From the NCBI GenBank assembly GCA_003427395.1, contig BFEA01000032.1:1720931-1784930 (forward strand): a DNA stretch of 64,000 bases. The letters run 5' to 3'. Both the position numbers and the translations under genes were made by a program. Positions 27,568 to 40,054 of the stretch are shown here, in pieces. The stretch is from Chara braunii. Lineage: Eukaryota; Plantae; Charophyceae. The stretch's first letter is position 1; each line of letters starts with the position of its first letter. The notes below the pieces were generated by a model. The model searched no databases and was not told where the DNA came from. It saw nothing but the letters and a program-made list of their open reading frames with translations.

Positions 27568-29684
27568 GCTTACCGGACCATATTAAGCGACGTCCCCGTC
27601 GCGTCGCCAAATCAAAAGCTATACACTTCCTTACATTCCAAATGCTGACGAGATTAGAACCAATCCAATTAGCCGACAGACTCAGGGTTGAGGCCTCCAT
27701 CAAACCGTGCCAACACAACTATATGCTGCCAGGGTTTCAACCTGGGTCTCCATTGTCCTGACACAAGGACGCCAGTGTATTACGCATCAATACTACAACA
27801 TAAGTTCCAAAGGCCCTCAAACCATCCTCTTCCCCTTTCATCCTAGACAACCGCCGGCCTCTCATTGGGTGTCCCATTTAGTCTTTTTCTCGTAAGCAGA
27901 GCCATAACTAGGGACGCGGGCTTCAAATGGGACCTATGAAGACATTCTTTGCCTTCTTCCAACAAATTCCTCACAATCAAACAAAATATACACGTATAAG
28001 TTTGTAACCTCTCTCGGCCTTTTTTGCAGTCTAGTACAGAAATGCCAGGTCCCCTTCTGGGCCCACCGTAGCCTGGCTGATCGGGCCAGGTCTACGGCCC
28101 ACCGGGCTGTTACCTTAACGATGGTATCCCCCCGTTGGTTATACAACGATAGGCGTTTTTCCTGATAATCAGTATATCAGGACTTTCCAAAAGACTCGAC
28201 TCCTATTCCGCGGAGTAATTTCTCTGGGGCGGGCAACTCCCCTTAAACTCTTACCTCGCGGGCCCGCAGCCAGGTTATGCCGGCTAGCAGCCATCCACTA
28301 GGGGTTGCGCCCAGGTGGCACTAAACTTTACCGTTAGCTTGGTATTCCTTTAAATATGTCTCAGAGTTAGCACAGGTGGCCCGGCGGGGCATCACAAACA
28401 ATTCATAGGCCGCTGCGGGACTACGCAGGGGTCTGAAGGCATTTACCGGCCCTCCTATAATAAGCACGACATCCTTCGCTCAATCACAAACAGTCTCCCC
28501 GCCGGACCCACGAGGCCGCGGCCCCTGACTTGATCAGAGCCAGCAGTCGCTCACCCTGAGGCATCTCTCGCCTTTTTCAACCACTTCAAGCAAACATGGT
28601 TCCCTCTCGTCAGACTTTATCAACACAAGACAATGTTACCCACGCCATTCAATTTTTACCCACCCTTACTTGGTAAAGGGTGCCTCTCACAAAAGATTTC
28701 ATGACCATCCCCTTTTTGTATTGGATGACTCTTCACATGACCTCTTCCAACCATGAAGGGGCTTTGATAACAATGCAATTCCCTCCTCCCTGAACCATGA
28801 AGGGGGGTCTTAATCACCAAACAACTCAAACTGAGGGACCATCTTCCGGGTCCCCGTACAACTTAGACAATCAATATTTGGTATGGCCTAAACATGCAAA
28901 TTTTTAAATTCATCAATCCCGTAGGATTCTCACAATTTTTCACAAACAGACCGCACTCCCTCTCCTTATACTCTGCCCTCTCGCCCGTTTGTAGCAGACC
29001 GCACCAGTATACTGGAGGGTAGACAGCTTCATAGTTTACACAATCATACCTATGAGGTGTATCCTGTACACAGGATACACCTCCCACACAAAGCCAATCA
29101 TACATTAAGACAAAGCCACAAAGGTGAGAGTGATAGTAGTTGTCACAAGACAAGTCCCATAGAGTCTCAACTCATGATACACTCAGGGAGTAGAACGTCT
29201 CCCTCAAGACCCAAACACAAACACCCAACTCAAACTCTGTCCACCCGAGCATGGTTTCCGACCCCACTGTACACCCGCGGAATACACTCGGGGACACAAC
29301 ACCTAGCAAAGTCTAATGGGTGCCTAGCCCCCTGTCTCACCTAACTAGGGAAACTCATACCCAAGTCTCCCTTAACACTGAAGTAGTCTTTGCACCGCGA
29401 AATCAAAAGTGGACTGAATAGCCCCATGTGTCCTACGGCCGACTCTCATGCCCTAAGCCATAGCCTATAAAAGAAAAACTCAAAGAAGCCTCAATCAACA
29501 ATATGTGAACAAGCAGGCAGGGACTCATCCTACCACCTCTAACGTATGCACACATCTAGGGCCCCCTCAGCCAACTAAACATATGTACACCTCCAACCCG
29601 CCCCCCCTATGTGCCAACTACTCTGACCCTACTGACACATAGACATACCAGTCCCTACTTACACAATTCTTCCTGGTTCTGCCT

Positions 29685-32260
29685 TTACAACTGAGCCCTG
29701 CCCCCATCTGGAGCTCGCTCTACTATCCTGCCCTGCCTGTCGTAGAACTTGCTGTTGAACTCCGCAACTCGCTTCTCGGCGTTATCCTCTAGGAGTTCTG
29801 GGCAATCCACGACTCTATGCCCTTCCTCCTTGCACCAAAAGCAGGAGGTATCGTGCCACCTGACAGTCTTCTTCTTTCTCCCCTGCGAGCTCGATGTCGA
29901 AGGCGTCCCCATAGCCTCAGTAGTCACCTCATGACACGAGGACGATCCCATATGAGGTCCGGGCTCCATAGCCTCAGCACCCTCATCCCCTCGAGCGATT
30001 GTGCTCACTGGCCTGCATTCTGGCATATCCAACCCTCAGGGGCCCTCCTCATGAGGCCCCTCTGTCACCACCACCTCATCCCCACATGCTCCTGACGTCT
30101 GAGAGCCCCCTATGGCAGTGGGCTCACTCATGACCTCCTGCTGCTGCTGTTGCCGCGAGTCAGGCCCTCCTGAGTCCGTCCCCGTGGCCCAGGAGCCCAG
30201 CTCTGCTCTTAACTCTCCCAACCTCGGGGCATGCTCTGGGGCATCAAGTCTCTGAGGCCCCTCCTGTGGCGTGCCTATCCCCATGGTTGCGGCCAACTCA
30301 TGCAAACGCGAACCCCTCCTCTCCGTGGACATAGCCATAAGCAACTCTTGTGCGCCACCCTGCTCTTCGGCTGCGTCCAAGGGCACCTCCTGCATTGGCT
30401 CGGCCTGTCGAGGGACCTCCACTGCTGCTCCCTGGCCCGGCGAAGCCTGCCTCCCTCGGCCCTGGCCATTGACACCGGCTCGCCCCGCCTGGCTAGCCTC
30501 CCAGGCTGCCGAAAGCCTATCCACAACGACCCCCATCTCCCCAAATCTCCTCTCCCACTCAACCTCTCTGGCCTGGCTCCTCGCCCTCTCCTCGGCAAGC
30601 TGAGTAGTCAGGTGCTCCACCTCCAACTCCCTGATCCTGAGCTCATTGCTGAGTTGATTATACCACTGGAAGGATGTAACTATCATCTTGCATATCTTCC
30701 TGTCCATTCGCTCGATTGCCATTATAGTCGCAGAGAACCCCAAGTCCCCCATCTCCCTCAGCTCACTCGCCTCCTCGTCCGCCTGCCCCATCCCTCATGA
30801 CCTCTGGCGAGCCGCATCCCTCTGGCTCTCATACCTGGCCCACAACTCGTCGATCCTCTGCTCACTCGTCTTGGGCTCGACCGGCGGTGTCGGCTCTATC
30901 CCCGCCACCTCCATCTCAGCCTGTCTTGCGTGTATTTCGTCCAGACGAACCCTCACTCGGGCGGACTTCTCTTCGCGGGTTTCTCTTGGGGTTCTTTTCA
31001 CTCGCGGCCCCTGGCTCTCCAGAGTTGACGCCTCCGCCCCCATCCTCTCGCTCATGCATGGCACTGCCGGCGGTAACTCCGCTGGAACATGCTCCTCGAT
31101 AGCTAGGCTCTTGGTCACGTGAGTGGCCGATGGCAAATCAAGGGGCGTCTCCCCCCTCGCTCTCTCACACACGCCCTGACCCTCTGCCTCTGCCTCCTGC
31201 TCAAGCATAGAGGTGGCCTCAGGGGAAGACTCCGGAATCTCCTCGCTGTCTGGCTCAGGAATCCCCTTTGGCCATGAGTGTTGTGCTGGCTCTGGAACTG
31301 GGGAGCGTGGCGGGGTATCGTCTCCGACCGTGATTACCTTCCCGCCTTGAGGCCGTACCGGATCCGGCGGCCCGGCTGCCATCTCAGGATTCTGCGGCTC
31401 CTCTCGGTCTCGCATGTCTGTCTCCGTCTCGGGGTCCAAAGGCTCCTCCAATGTCACATAGCACGTCGGCTCAACTGAGCCCTTCCCCAGTCGTGAGGCC
31501 TCCTATTGAGATAGATCAAGATGAGTCGCTAAACTTTGGAATGGCGTCTCTCTTGGTATGTCCAGCTCCTGCGCTGATGGCAACGGTGAGGGCGATCTCA
31601 ACTCCTCGCTCATAATCCGTCGAAACTCAACTGCCCGGAGACCACAACCAGGGAACGACTCCTCTGCCAATGCGGGCCCTGCGGGCTCATCCTCCCGCTG
31701 TGCTGGGGCTCTCCTCCTCTCTCTGGCCAGCCCCACCTCTCTCGGTACCGGTTCCCTTGGCCTCTTGCTTCGCCGTCGCCTCTCAACCCTGGGCTCGTGC
31801 CCCTCGTGCTGTGGTCGTCCGAATGCCCTCCTGAGTTGAGCCTGGCAGTCCTCCCAATCTCGAGCCCGCCCCCGAATATGTTTGGCCACCGGCCTCTCCG
31901 CCCCCCTCGTCCAAATAAGTAGGGTCTGCACCCACTCCTCCCGCGCAATCCCCTGACTCAACATGTAGTGCTCGTATGCAGGAATGAACTCCTCCGCGTT
32001 CCCCTCCTCCAATCTAATGGGCATGCCATCACGCCCTCTAAGGGAAACTCTCAACCTCTGCATCCCGGCCTCCACATCCGGCCAAGTCAGGGCCTCCTCA
32101 CATATCTGTGCGACAGGCTCCTCGAACCGCCCTACACCCCTGAAGTGGTGAATCCTCTCTGCCACTGACCACCCTCTCTGTGTCGCATGATCCCGATATT
32201 CGTCCAAGAAGAGCTCAATGTTGTCGTCATCGAACTCAGGCGTAGGCTCCCTCCTAGGCG
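29685..32260 (-). pseudogene. Second gag-like ORF downstream of pol (~850 aa, broken by three in-frame stops)
   Basis: ORFs starting 32207, 31457, 30791 and 30032 share one frame. N-terminal capsid-like segments; C-terminal CFWCKEEGHRVVDC knuckle. Confidence 0.8.
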
Positions 32261-32540
32261 GCTCATGCTGCTCGCCTCTCCCTGCTGCTCCATCGGGCCC
32301 CTGCCGCGACCGTGTGTCCTCCCGCCCCTCTGTATGACTGCCTTCGAAAAGTCAGACCTGCACAACACGCGAGAGACAACAAACAGACACACAGCAGGGT
32401 CAGCAGCTGAGCCCATTGGCTCGGGGAAATCCCACACACACTCCACACCCATCCACCCCAATCACCCACCTATCCAATCATTCGACGAGGGTAGAGCCTA
32501 GGCGGGACTCTATTCCTAACGAGGTCTCGTGGTGCCTTAC

Positions 32541-35500
32541 CTATTCCCTGACCACGAACTTCTTCAGCCTTGTCCCTGATACCTTGTCCTGCGACCCTGC
32601 CCCATCCAGCTCTTCAATTTGGTAGGCCCCAAACTCGCCACACCGCACGATCCTATAGGGCCCCAACCATCGCTTATCTAGCTTCCTGGACCATTGTTTT
32701 TCCAGCGAGGAGTCATACAGCAGCACCACGTCTCCCACCTTCAGCAGGTCCTTCCTTATTCGGGCCATCTGGTCCCATCTCATCTTGTCCTCCATACGAC
32801 TTCTCTCTACCCGACCAGTGGCCTCTCGTAACCTTTCCTCAGCGGCTCCCACCTGCCGNNNNNNNNNNNNNNNNNNNNNNNNNNNNNNNNNNNNNNNNNN
32901 NNNNNNNNNNNNNNNNNNNNNNNNNNNNNNNNNNNNNNNNNNNNNNNNNNNNNNNNNNNNNNNNNNNNNNNNNNNNNNNNNNNNNNNNNNNNNNNNNNNN
33001 NNNNNNNNNNNNNNNNNNNNNNNNNNNNNNNNNNNNNNNNNNNNNNNNNNNNNNNNNNNNNNNCTCTACCCGACCAGTGGCCTCTCGTAACCTTTCCTCA
33101 GCGGCTCCCACTTGCCGCGCCCGTATATCGAGCAGTTCTTCAAAGGACAGGTTCACTTTCAGGTCCTGGCGCCTCCACGTCATGGAACTTTCTATGGGAA
33201 AGGTGGCATGCCTTCCGTACCATAGTGTGGCAGGCGCATACTTGGTAGTCCTTTTCATGGTAACATTTTCCACGAAAAATGCCGCTCTCAGGAACTTCGG
33301 CCACTGGTTAGGCCTCCCCTCAGTCCACTTAGCCAAGAGATTTGTGATGGTACTATGCCCTCTCTTCACAGGGGCGTTCGCCTGGGGGTGCGCGACAGTA
33401 GTATAGTTCGCTACCACGTCATACCCCGCAAGCAAGGTCTGTACCTCGTTACAGGTGAACTCTGACCCCCGGTCCATCACAAACTCTCTGACAAACGGAT
33501 AGCGCAGGTAGTACTCTTCGATGCATCTTGCTAACACTGGGCCAGTTTTCGTACGAATAGCCCGACTGTCCACGAACCCGATAAGGTTGTCCCGTGCGTC
33601 GAAGATATAGTTACTTCCATCCTCCCCGAGTGGCATGAACAACAGGTCCAAGTGTACGACTGCACCCACTTCCCTTTCCAGCCTGGGTTGCAGAGGCTCC
33701 CCAGGCCTTTGCGCTGACCTCTGTTGGCAAGGTACACAGGACTGGTAGTACTTGATGACCATAGTCAGCATTCCATCCCAATGGTATAACTCACTTATCT
33801 TTGCGCATGTGGCACTAACCCCTTTGTGCACCCCTGCTATACCATCGTGTAAGGCTGCTATGACATCGATCTGTCGGCTCCTCCCACATACGATCCTCTT
33901 GAGGTTCCCAACCTGTCGCTTTATAAACAGATGGCCATCTCTTACTACGTAGAGATGCCTCATCTTCTGGCTTTAGCACTTGCGTCCCTATCCCTTATCT
34001 TGCACGACAGGAGTAACCCCAACTCCCGATAGATCCCGTCATACTCCTCGGCACGAAAGACCTCTCTAATCTTCTCCTCTTCGAACTCGTCATCCTGGCT
34101 TTCAGGAATAAGAAGTTCGCTTTCTTCGGAACCGGTTGAGCTCCTCTGCTTAAAGTCCCCCTGCAGGAGCGTATTAGTGAGCAAGTACATCCCTCCCATT
34201 AGTTGCTCATTCTCCTCTACCTGGGTTGACCCTTCCTCTATCGTCTTGACCTCTTCGGCCAGGCTATCTGTGCCTGCCAATGCCAACTTCATCATCCAGC
34301 CAACATCCCTACTCCCCCATGGATCTTCCTCCTGAAAAGGTTTGAGGACCATCTCTTCCTTTCGCTCGTACCCCCTTGGTGCTGGCCATATGGGATGCGT
34401 GACGCAGCTAGGCACCCTCAGCGACCAGTCATTTATGTGGAGGCAGACATCCTCCTCCTGGTCTAAGAACCCGTTGACTGGTGGGGTATCTTCAGTTGAT
34501 TCTTGATTCGCCCTGTCCCAGTTGATACGGCTCAATCCATCTGCCCTATTTTTGTCCCCGGGAATCCTCTCAAATTCGAAGTTAAACATCCAAATGTAAG
34601 TCAACCACCTCGCGATGGTTGGGTCAGATGGAGTATAACTTTTCAGGGAACACGCAAGCACAGTAGGGTCCACCCTCAGAATGAGCCTCCTGCCAAAGAT
34701 ATAGTTCCGGAAGGTCCTCAGGCAGTGGAGTACCGCCAGCGTCTCCTTCTTGAACTGCGAATAGTTCCTCTCGGTCGTATTGAGAGTACGACTTTCAAAT
34801 CTTAGCGGCCTCTCCTTCCCATCTGCATCAGCCTGAATCAGGACCCCTCCTAAGGCAGTTGGCCCGGCGTCCGTCTCGACAACGAATGACTTTTCCTCCG
34901 TAGCCTCATTATTTGGCGCTCCCAGCACTAGGCCTCCTTCCCTGAACTCTCCCTTCATCCTTTCCACAGCCTTTTCCTGCTCTTCACCCCAGACCCATTT
35001 CTGATCCTGACGCACCAGCTTCCTCAAATGCTCCGTCTTGGTGGCGAAGTCCTTCACAAAAGTTCTCCAAAACCCACAGGTCCCAAGGAAGCTTCTCACG
35101 TTCGTTATCGACTGAAAGGGGACTGGCCATTCTTGGATCTTGTCCGTTTTCTTCACGTCTGGCCTCCGCCCCTTCTCATTACAGACAAAGCCCAGAATCG
35201 TGGTTTCCCTCATACAGTGCTTCGACTTGGGGCCGCTTGCCGTCAGGTTATGTTCTTTCAGCAAACCCAGGAATTGATCGATATCCTGGATGTGCTTCCA
35301 GACGAACCGCCTCATTCCTCTTCTCCTTTGGACCCTTAACCGCCAAATCATCAATGTAGGGCTGAGTGATCTGTGAACTAACCGTCTGCATGGCCCTAAT
35401 CATTTGCCTTTGCACCATTGCCACCACATTAGTCCACCCCTGAGGGCCCACATTCATGTGGATCAGCCCCCTTGGCGTATGCATCGCCGTCACCGGCCTA

Positions 35501-37432
35501 TCCGGCGGGTACACAGGAAACTGGTCATACCCAGAATAAAGGTCTATAAGTGAGATTATAAGCCTCCCTTCGCATGACTCTGGCAGGGCGTCCTCGTTCG
35601 CCAATCCTCCTGCGTCCCGCACCGTTACTGCATTCAATCGTTGCAAATTCTACACCCACCGTAGCGTTCCGTTTGGCTTGATAAAACAAAACCAAGGGGA
35701 GGCATACGGTTCACTGGAATAGTCTGCCACGTATGTCCGCATCTTCCCGTCCAAATAATCCACCACCTTCTTCTCTTCATCTGGATTTGGGTATCGCGCG
35801 CCCCTCAGGTTCCACGGCTCGTGTGGGGCGGTATGAATTCGTATCATTGAAATCTTATCTTCGTCCAACCTCCCACACTCGTCGTCATTAAACACATACA
35901 GCCTCCTCTTCATGATTTCCACCATCAAGGTCCTCTCATGGGGCAAAAGGAAGCCAGACTCGCCAATTATCAACCCTTCCTCATTCTCGTCATTGATGCG
36001 ACATGGCCCTGCCTGCGCGCGCTCCCGCATACGTCTTATCAGCCCCCGCTCTCGCTCGTAATAGGCTTCCTCATCCTGCATGGGGACCGGGCGGCGCTTC
36101 TTATCTGTAGTCTTGTACCGCCTTTGGGAGCCCTGCTTAAGCCCTCCCCTAAAAAAGGCCGACTTGTCGTTCGGGCCTGGGCCATCGCAGGGTCCCCTTT
36201 TCTCCCGGGAAGTCGATAGATCAGCTCCACTTCCCCCACCTGAGGGTTTTCCAGGACCTGCTCCCTCAATGCATTTATCGCTTCAGGGTCCGCCATATCA
36301 TGCGCTGCCACCACCTCCATTGCCTTATTCACATCGTTAAGGCTCAGAGACAACACCTCGCGTGCTCCTTCCTCCTCTTTCTCCTCCTTGAGTCTCCGTA
36401 GCGCGTGCTCAGACTCCTCGAAGGTAAAGGAGCCGAGGTTGAGCCTGTTCCTCCCACTTCCGGGCCCTGTGTTCCGGCACTTAATAATTTCGTAATTCCC
36501 GCAGACCGGATCAGATAGGGCTGGGATCATTGCGCCCTCATGCCTATTGAAGACCAAGGTCTCCGTTCGGCAGAGGAATGATCTTCCAAGAAGGATACGC
36601 GTGTCGACATCGGGCATGACGAAGAAACACGTATTTCGTAATTCCCGCAGGCCGGATCAGATAGGGCTGGGATCATTGTCCCCTCATGCCTATTGAAGAC
36701 CAAGGTCTCCGTTCGACAGAGGAACGATCTTCCAAGAAGGATAGGGTGGTCGACATCGCGCATGACGAAGAAAAACGTTCGCGCCCTTACCCTCCCGATC
36801 TCCACCATCACATTAGACGCGGTGCCGCAGAAAATGCCCTTGCAATTGGCGCCATGCAGCACACCATGGTCCAAGTGATCCACCTCCAGCCCTAGCATAG
36901 TCGCGTCCCGCTCCCGGATGATATTCGTCTCGGTGCCTGTGTCCACCATTGCGATGCTTGGCTGGTCTCTCACCTTCAGATCCACCAACCCACATGCCAC
37001 ACATTTCCAGTCGATCCTGGTGCCCACCTCTGTCCACTCTATCTCCCTGGGCAGAATTGAGCTCAGGTGGACGTTGGGCACTAGCCTCTGCGAGAGCCGC
37101 CCTTTCAGCTCGCCACGGAGTCTTGGCGCTGACGCCAGGATGTCTTTTAAATTCATCAAATCGTTGTGGCCTTCCAGGAGCTTATCTACCATCCGCTCCA
37201 CGTCAAAACCTTCCTCCAGCCAAACTGCGTACTTCTTCCTTTTTGGCACGCCATCGTGCAGGCTCGGCTCCGCTCCTCCCTGAATCCCTCTCTTCTTGGC
37301 CCTCTGCTCAGCTCGCCGATCTTCTTCCTGGCGGAGCCTCTCATCCTCTTCGTCATCACCCTCATCTTCCTCTTCTTGAACCTCTACCACTTCTTTCCTT
37401 CGTTCAGGCTCGGGCTCCTTTCGAGGAGGCAC
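32541..37432 (-). pseudogene. pol: pol of element 3 (PR-RT-RH-INT)
   Basis: AMVDTGTETN (PR). YASPWFCFIKPNGTLRWV, IDLYSGYDQ and PYIDDL (RT). ETDAGP and KKETLA (RH). HDGIAGVH..CVPC, VHLDL and MDRGSEF (INT). Stops, frameshifts and an assembly gap. Confidence 0.97.
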
Positions 37433-37444
37433 CCGACCAGGTGC

Positions 37445-39438
37445 CTAGCTGGGCCCTTGACTGGTGGTAGCCTTACTTTGGCCCCTAGTCTGCGCGGCCT
37501 GGGGCACCCTTCTATGTGACGTAGGGGGCTTGAAGGTCATCCCTGACCTAGGACCTGCCCCGACCGTCGCCACGCTTGGACACCCTTGCGGTCCTGATGA
37601 TGACTCCGAGCCGGACACATAGAGCATTACCTCAGGAAGATTCATTTCCCATTCCCGGGCCTCTTCGCACATCACCCTTAGCCGTTTCTGATATCTGCCG
37701 ACCTTTGCAAGCAGGTCCTCCATCCTTTTCAGGATGGTCGAGGATGATTCTCTCACCACCTCCCGTGCCTCGTCGCCGGACTCAACAACTATGGTCTCCT
37801 CCTTTATAGTCCCCGCTTTCAGCCGCTAAGTCACTTCCTCATTTTCATCCATAATCTCCTCGACTCTCACACCCGGGTCTTGCCTTTCCTGCCATATCCT
37901 GGACATTGTTGGGGCCGTTGGAGGCCCTGCTGCTGCTCGCCTGAGGGCTTCCTGCCTGATTCCTCCCGAGGTTTTGGGATCAATATGCTTTCCCTACCGA
38001 TCGTATATGTCCCCATCCATACAGGTGGATATTAGTCCTGCCAGTTCGTCGTCCCGCCGCTGTTGGGAGAATCATACGGTGTGGCCCACCTCGCCACAAT
38101 GCCAACAAGTTGCGTTCCGCCAGTGGAAGCGGGGCCTCCGATACCCTTGGCCCCCTCCCTGGCTGCCTTGGCCACGTTGGTTCTGACCCCCTTGACCATT
38201 CCAGCCTCCTCCACGGCCTCCACCATTTCCTCCTCGCCCCCGGCCGCCCCCTCCTCTACCCCCTTGGCCCCGGCCCCCATTGCCCTGCCCGCCTTGTCCT
38301 TGGCGCCCTCCCCCGGCCACACTGGCTTGCGAGGCCTGTTGGGAGGGCGGCAGTTGAGCCACAGGCTGTTTGATGGGCTCGAATAGGGGACTATGTGTCC
38401 CGTGTGGGCCTGGCTCCCTCCACACGAGACACAGTGGTTACAACTGGGCCAGGGAGCAGACTGACAATGCTGCACCCAGTGCCCACAAGCTGGTGGCGGC
38501 CCCATGTGTGATGGTCCTGCTGGCATCGGTGCGGCCGCGGCGACTGGCGGTGGTGGGGCAATGGCTTGGGGAGCCTGCCCCTTCCCTGACCCATGCCCTC
38601 CCTGCAGCAGATTGCGCTGCTTCCTCTGGGCCTTGGTCAGGACTTGGGAACCCGTCTCCCCTCCGCTGTAGTCTTCTTGCCCAGCCTCCTCATCCACTGC
38701 CCCTGACACCCGGCCTTGGGCCACTAGCACCCCTCTTTTTTGTATCTCTGCTTTGTTATCATACCCCAAGGCCGCCAACACGTCCGTGACGATTCTCTTC
38801 ACCCCTGGGGTTCCGTATGCGGTAGCATCCCTCTCGTTCCTCTTGCGCCTTTGCAGCCTCATTTGGTGTTGCTCCACCTGGTCCAGGCTCCCTTCTTCCC
38901 CTCTCTTGTCAATGGTTGCCCAGGTGAGCCTCTCACTCCCTTCCCCATACTTGGTCAGCTCTGTGGCCTCCGAGCCCGTAAGCAGCTCTGTGGCTTCCTC
39001 AGAAATCCCGTGCACTTTCCTCGCCTTTTTCTTGAACTCGTGCACAAACGCCCCAATAGTAGAGAAATCTTCCTTATTCATGGCCTCCAGGTCTGCCATA
39101 GTCAACAGGCCGTCCCCCAGCCTATACTTCCTTCGCATTAGGTCCCCAAACCTTGTCCAACTGGCACCGGCGCCATCCACGACCTTAGTTACTTCCCGAT
39201 GGTGACTATGCAGGACGTACCTCAGGACCCTCTAGAGCTTGACCTCATCTGACAATCCCACTAGCGCCTGCTCTGTCAGATCCAGCCAGTCAGATACCCG
39301 ATCCCCTTTGAAGTGAAATGTCTCGACCTTTGGGACATTGCTCGACGCCCTCTCGCGCTTGTCCAAGGCATCGATGAGGTCGTCGAGAGTCACAAGCCTC
39401 CTCCCACCATCCGCCATCTCCTCTGGCATTTTGGCCAA
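37445..39438 (-). pseudogene. gag: gag of element 3
   Basis: VPKVETFHFKGDRVSDWLDL capsid start, an RGG-rich tract and a decayed CWHCGEVGH knuckle, located between the PBS and pol. Confidence 0.9.
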
Positions 39439-39788
39439 CCGCCTTCGACTTCGATCTTCCTGTTATAAGAGACGATGGGACAAAGGACCCTACTCAGCGA
39501 CTCAACCCTTCATGACCCTATCGGGTTGACCACTTAGACACCCCATACACCCGGCAGACATTCCTTTTCCTATTTCCCTTAGGCTCACCTAGATAAGGCT
39601 TATCCTTACCATAGAACTTTCTCACCCACTTGCTTCATTCAAGCTGCCAACCAAGCCGCCAATCAATCAATCATTCAACCCTCAATCGTATAGGCCACCA
39701 TACAGTCCATCTCATAGTTCTTCTCTTACTCACTCATATGCCTAATTTCTCCCTCACTCCCATACCCGGACGTCGTTCCACCAGGGAC

Positions 39789-39826
39789 CTGTCTCTTATA
39801 CACATCTAGATGTGTATAAGAGACAG
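39789..39826. other. Nextera mate-pair junction adapter (two inverted Tn5 mosaic ends): assembly contamination
   Basis: Exact CTGTCTCTTATACACATCT+AGATGTGTATAAGAGACAG between two copies of a ~192-bp segment (39597-39788 and 39827-40018). Confidence 0.99.
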
Positions 39827-40036
39827 GGCTTATCCTTACCATAGAACTTTCTCACCCACTTGCTTCATTCAAGCTGCCAACCAAGCCGCCAATCAATCAA
39901 TCATTCAACCCTCAATCGTATAGGCCACCATACAGTCCATCTCATAGTTCTTCTCTTACTCACTCATATGCCTAATTTCTCCCTCACTCCCATACCCGGA
40001 CGTCGTTCCACCAGGGACAACGGTAGGCTTCTGTTA

Positions 40037-40054
40037 TCCCTGACAACGGCGCCA
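40037..40054 (-). promoter_or_regulatory. Primer-binding site, tRNA-Asp type
   Basis: Minus strand TGGCGCCGTTGTCAGGGA, 2 nt after the repeat's terminal CA; compare the plant Asp PBS TGGCGCCGTTGCCGGGGA. Confidence 0.9.

Noticed and set aside
39789-39826. Natural Tn5/IS50 element or functional palindrome
   Set aside because: Exact synthetic Nextera mate-pair adapter.
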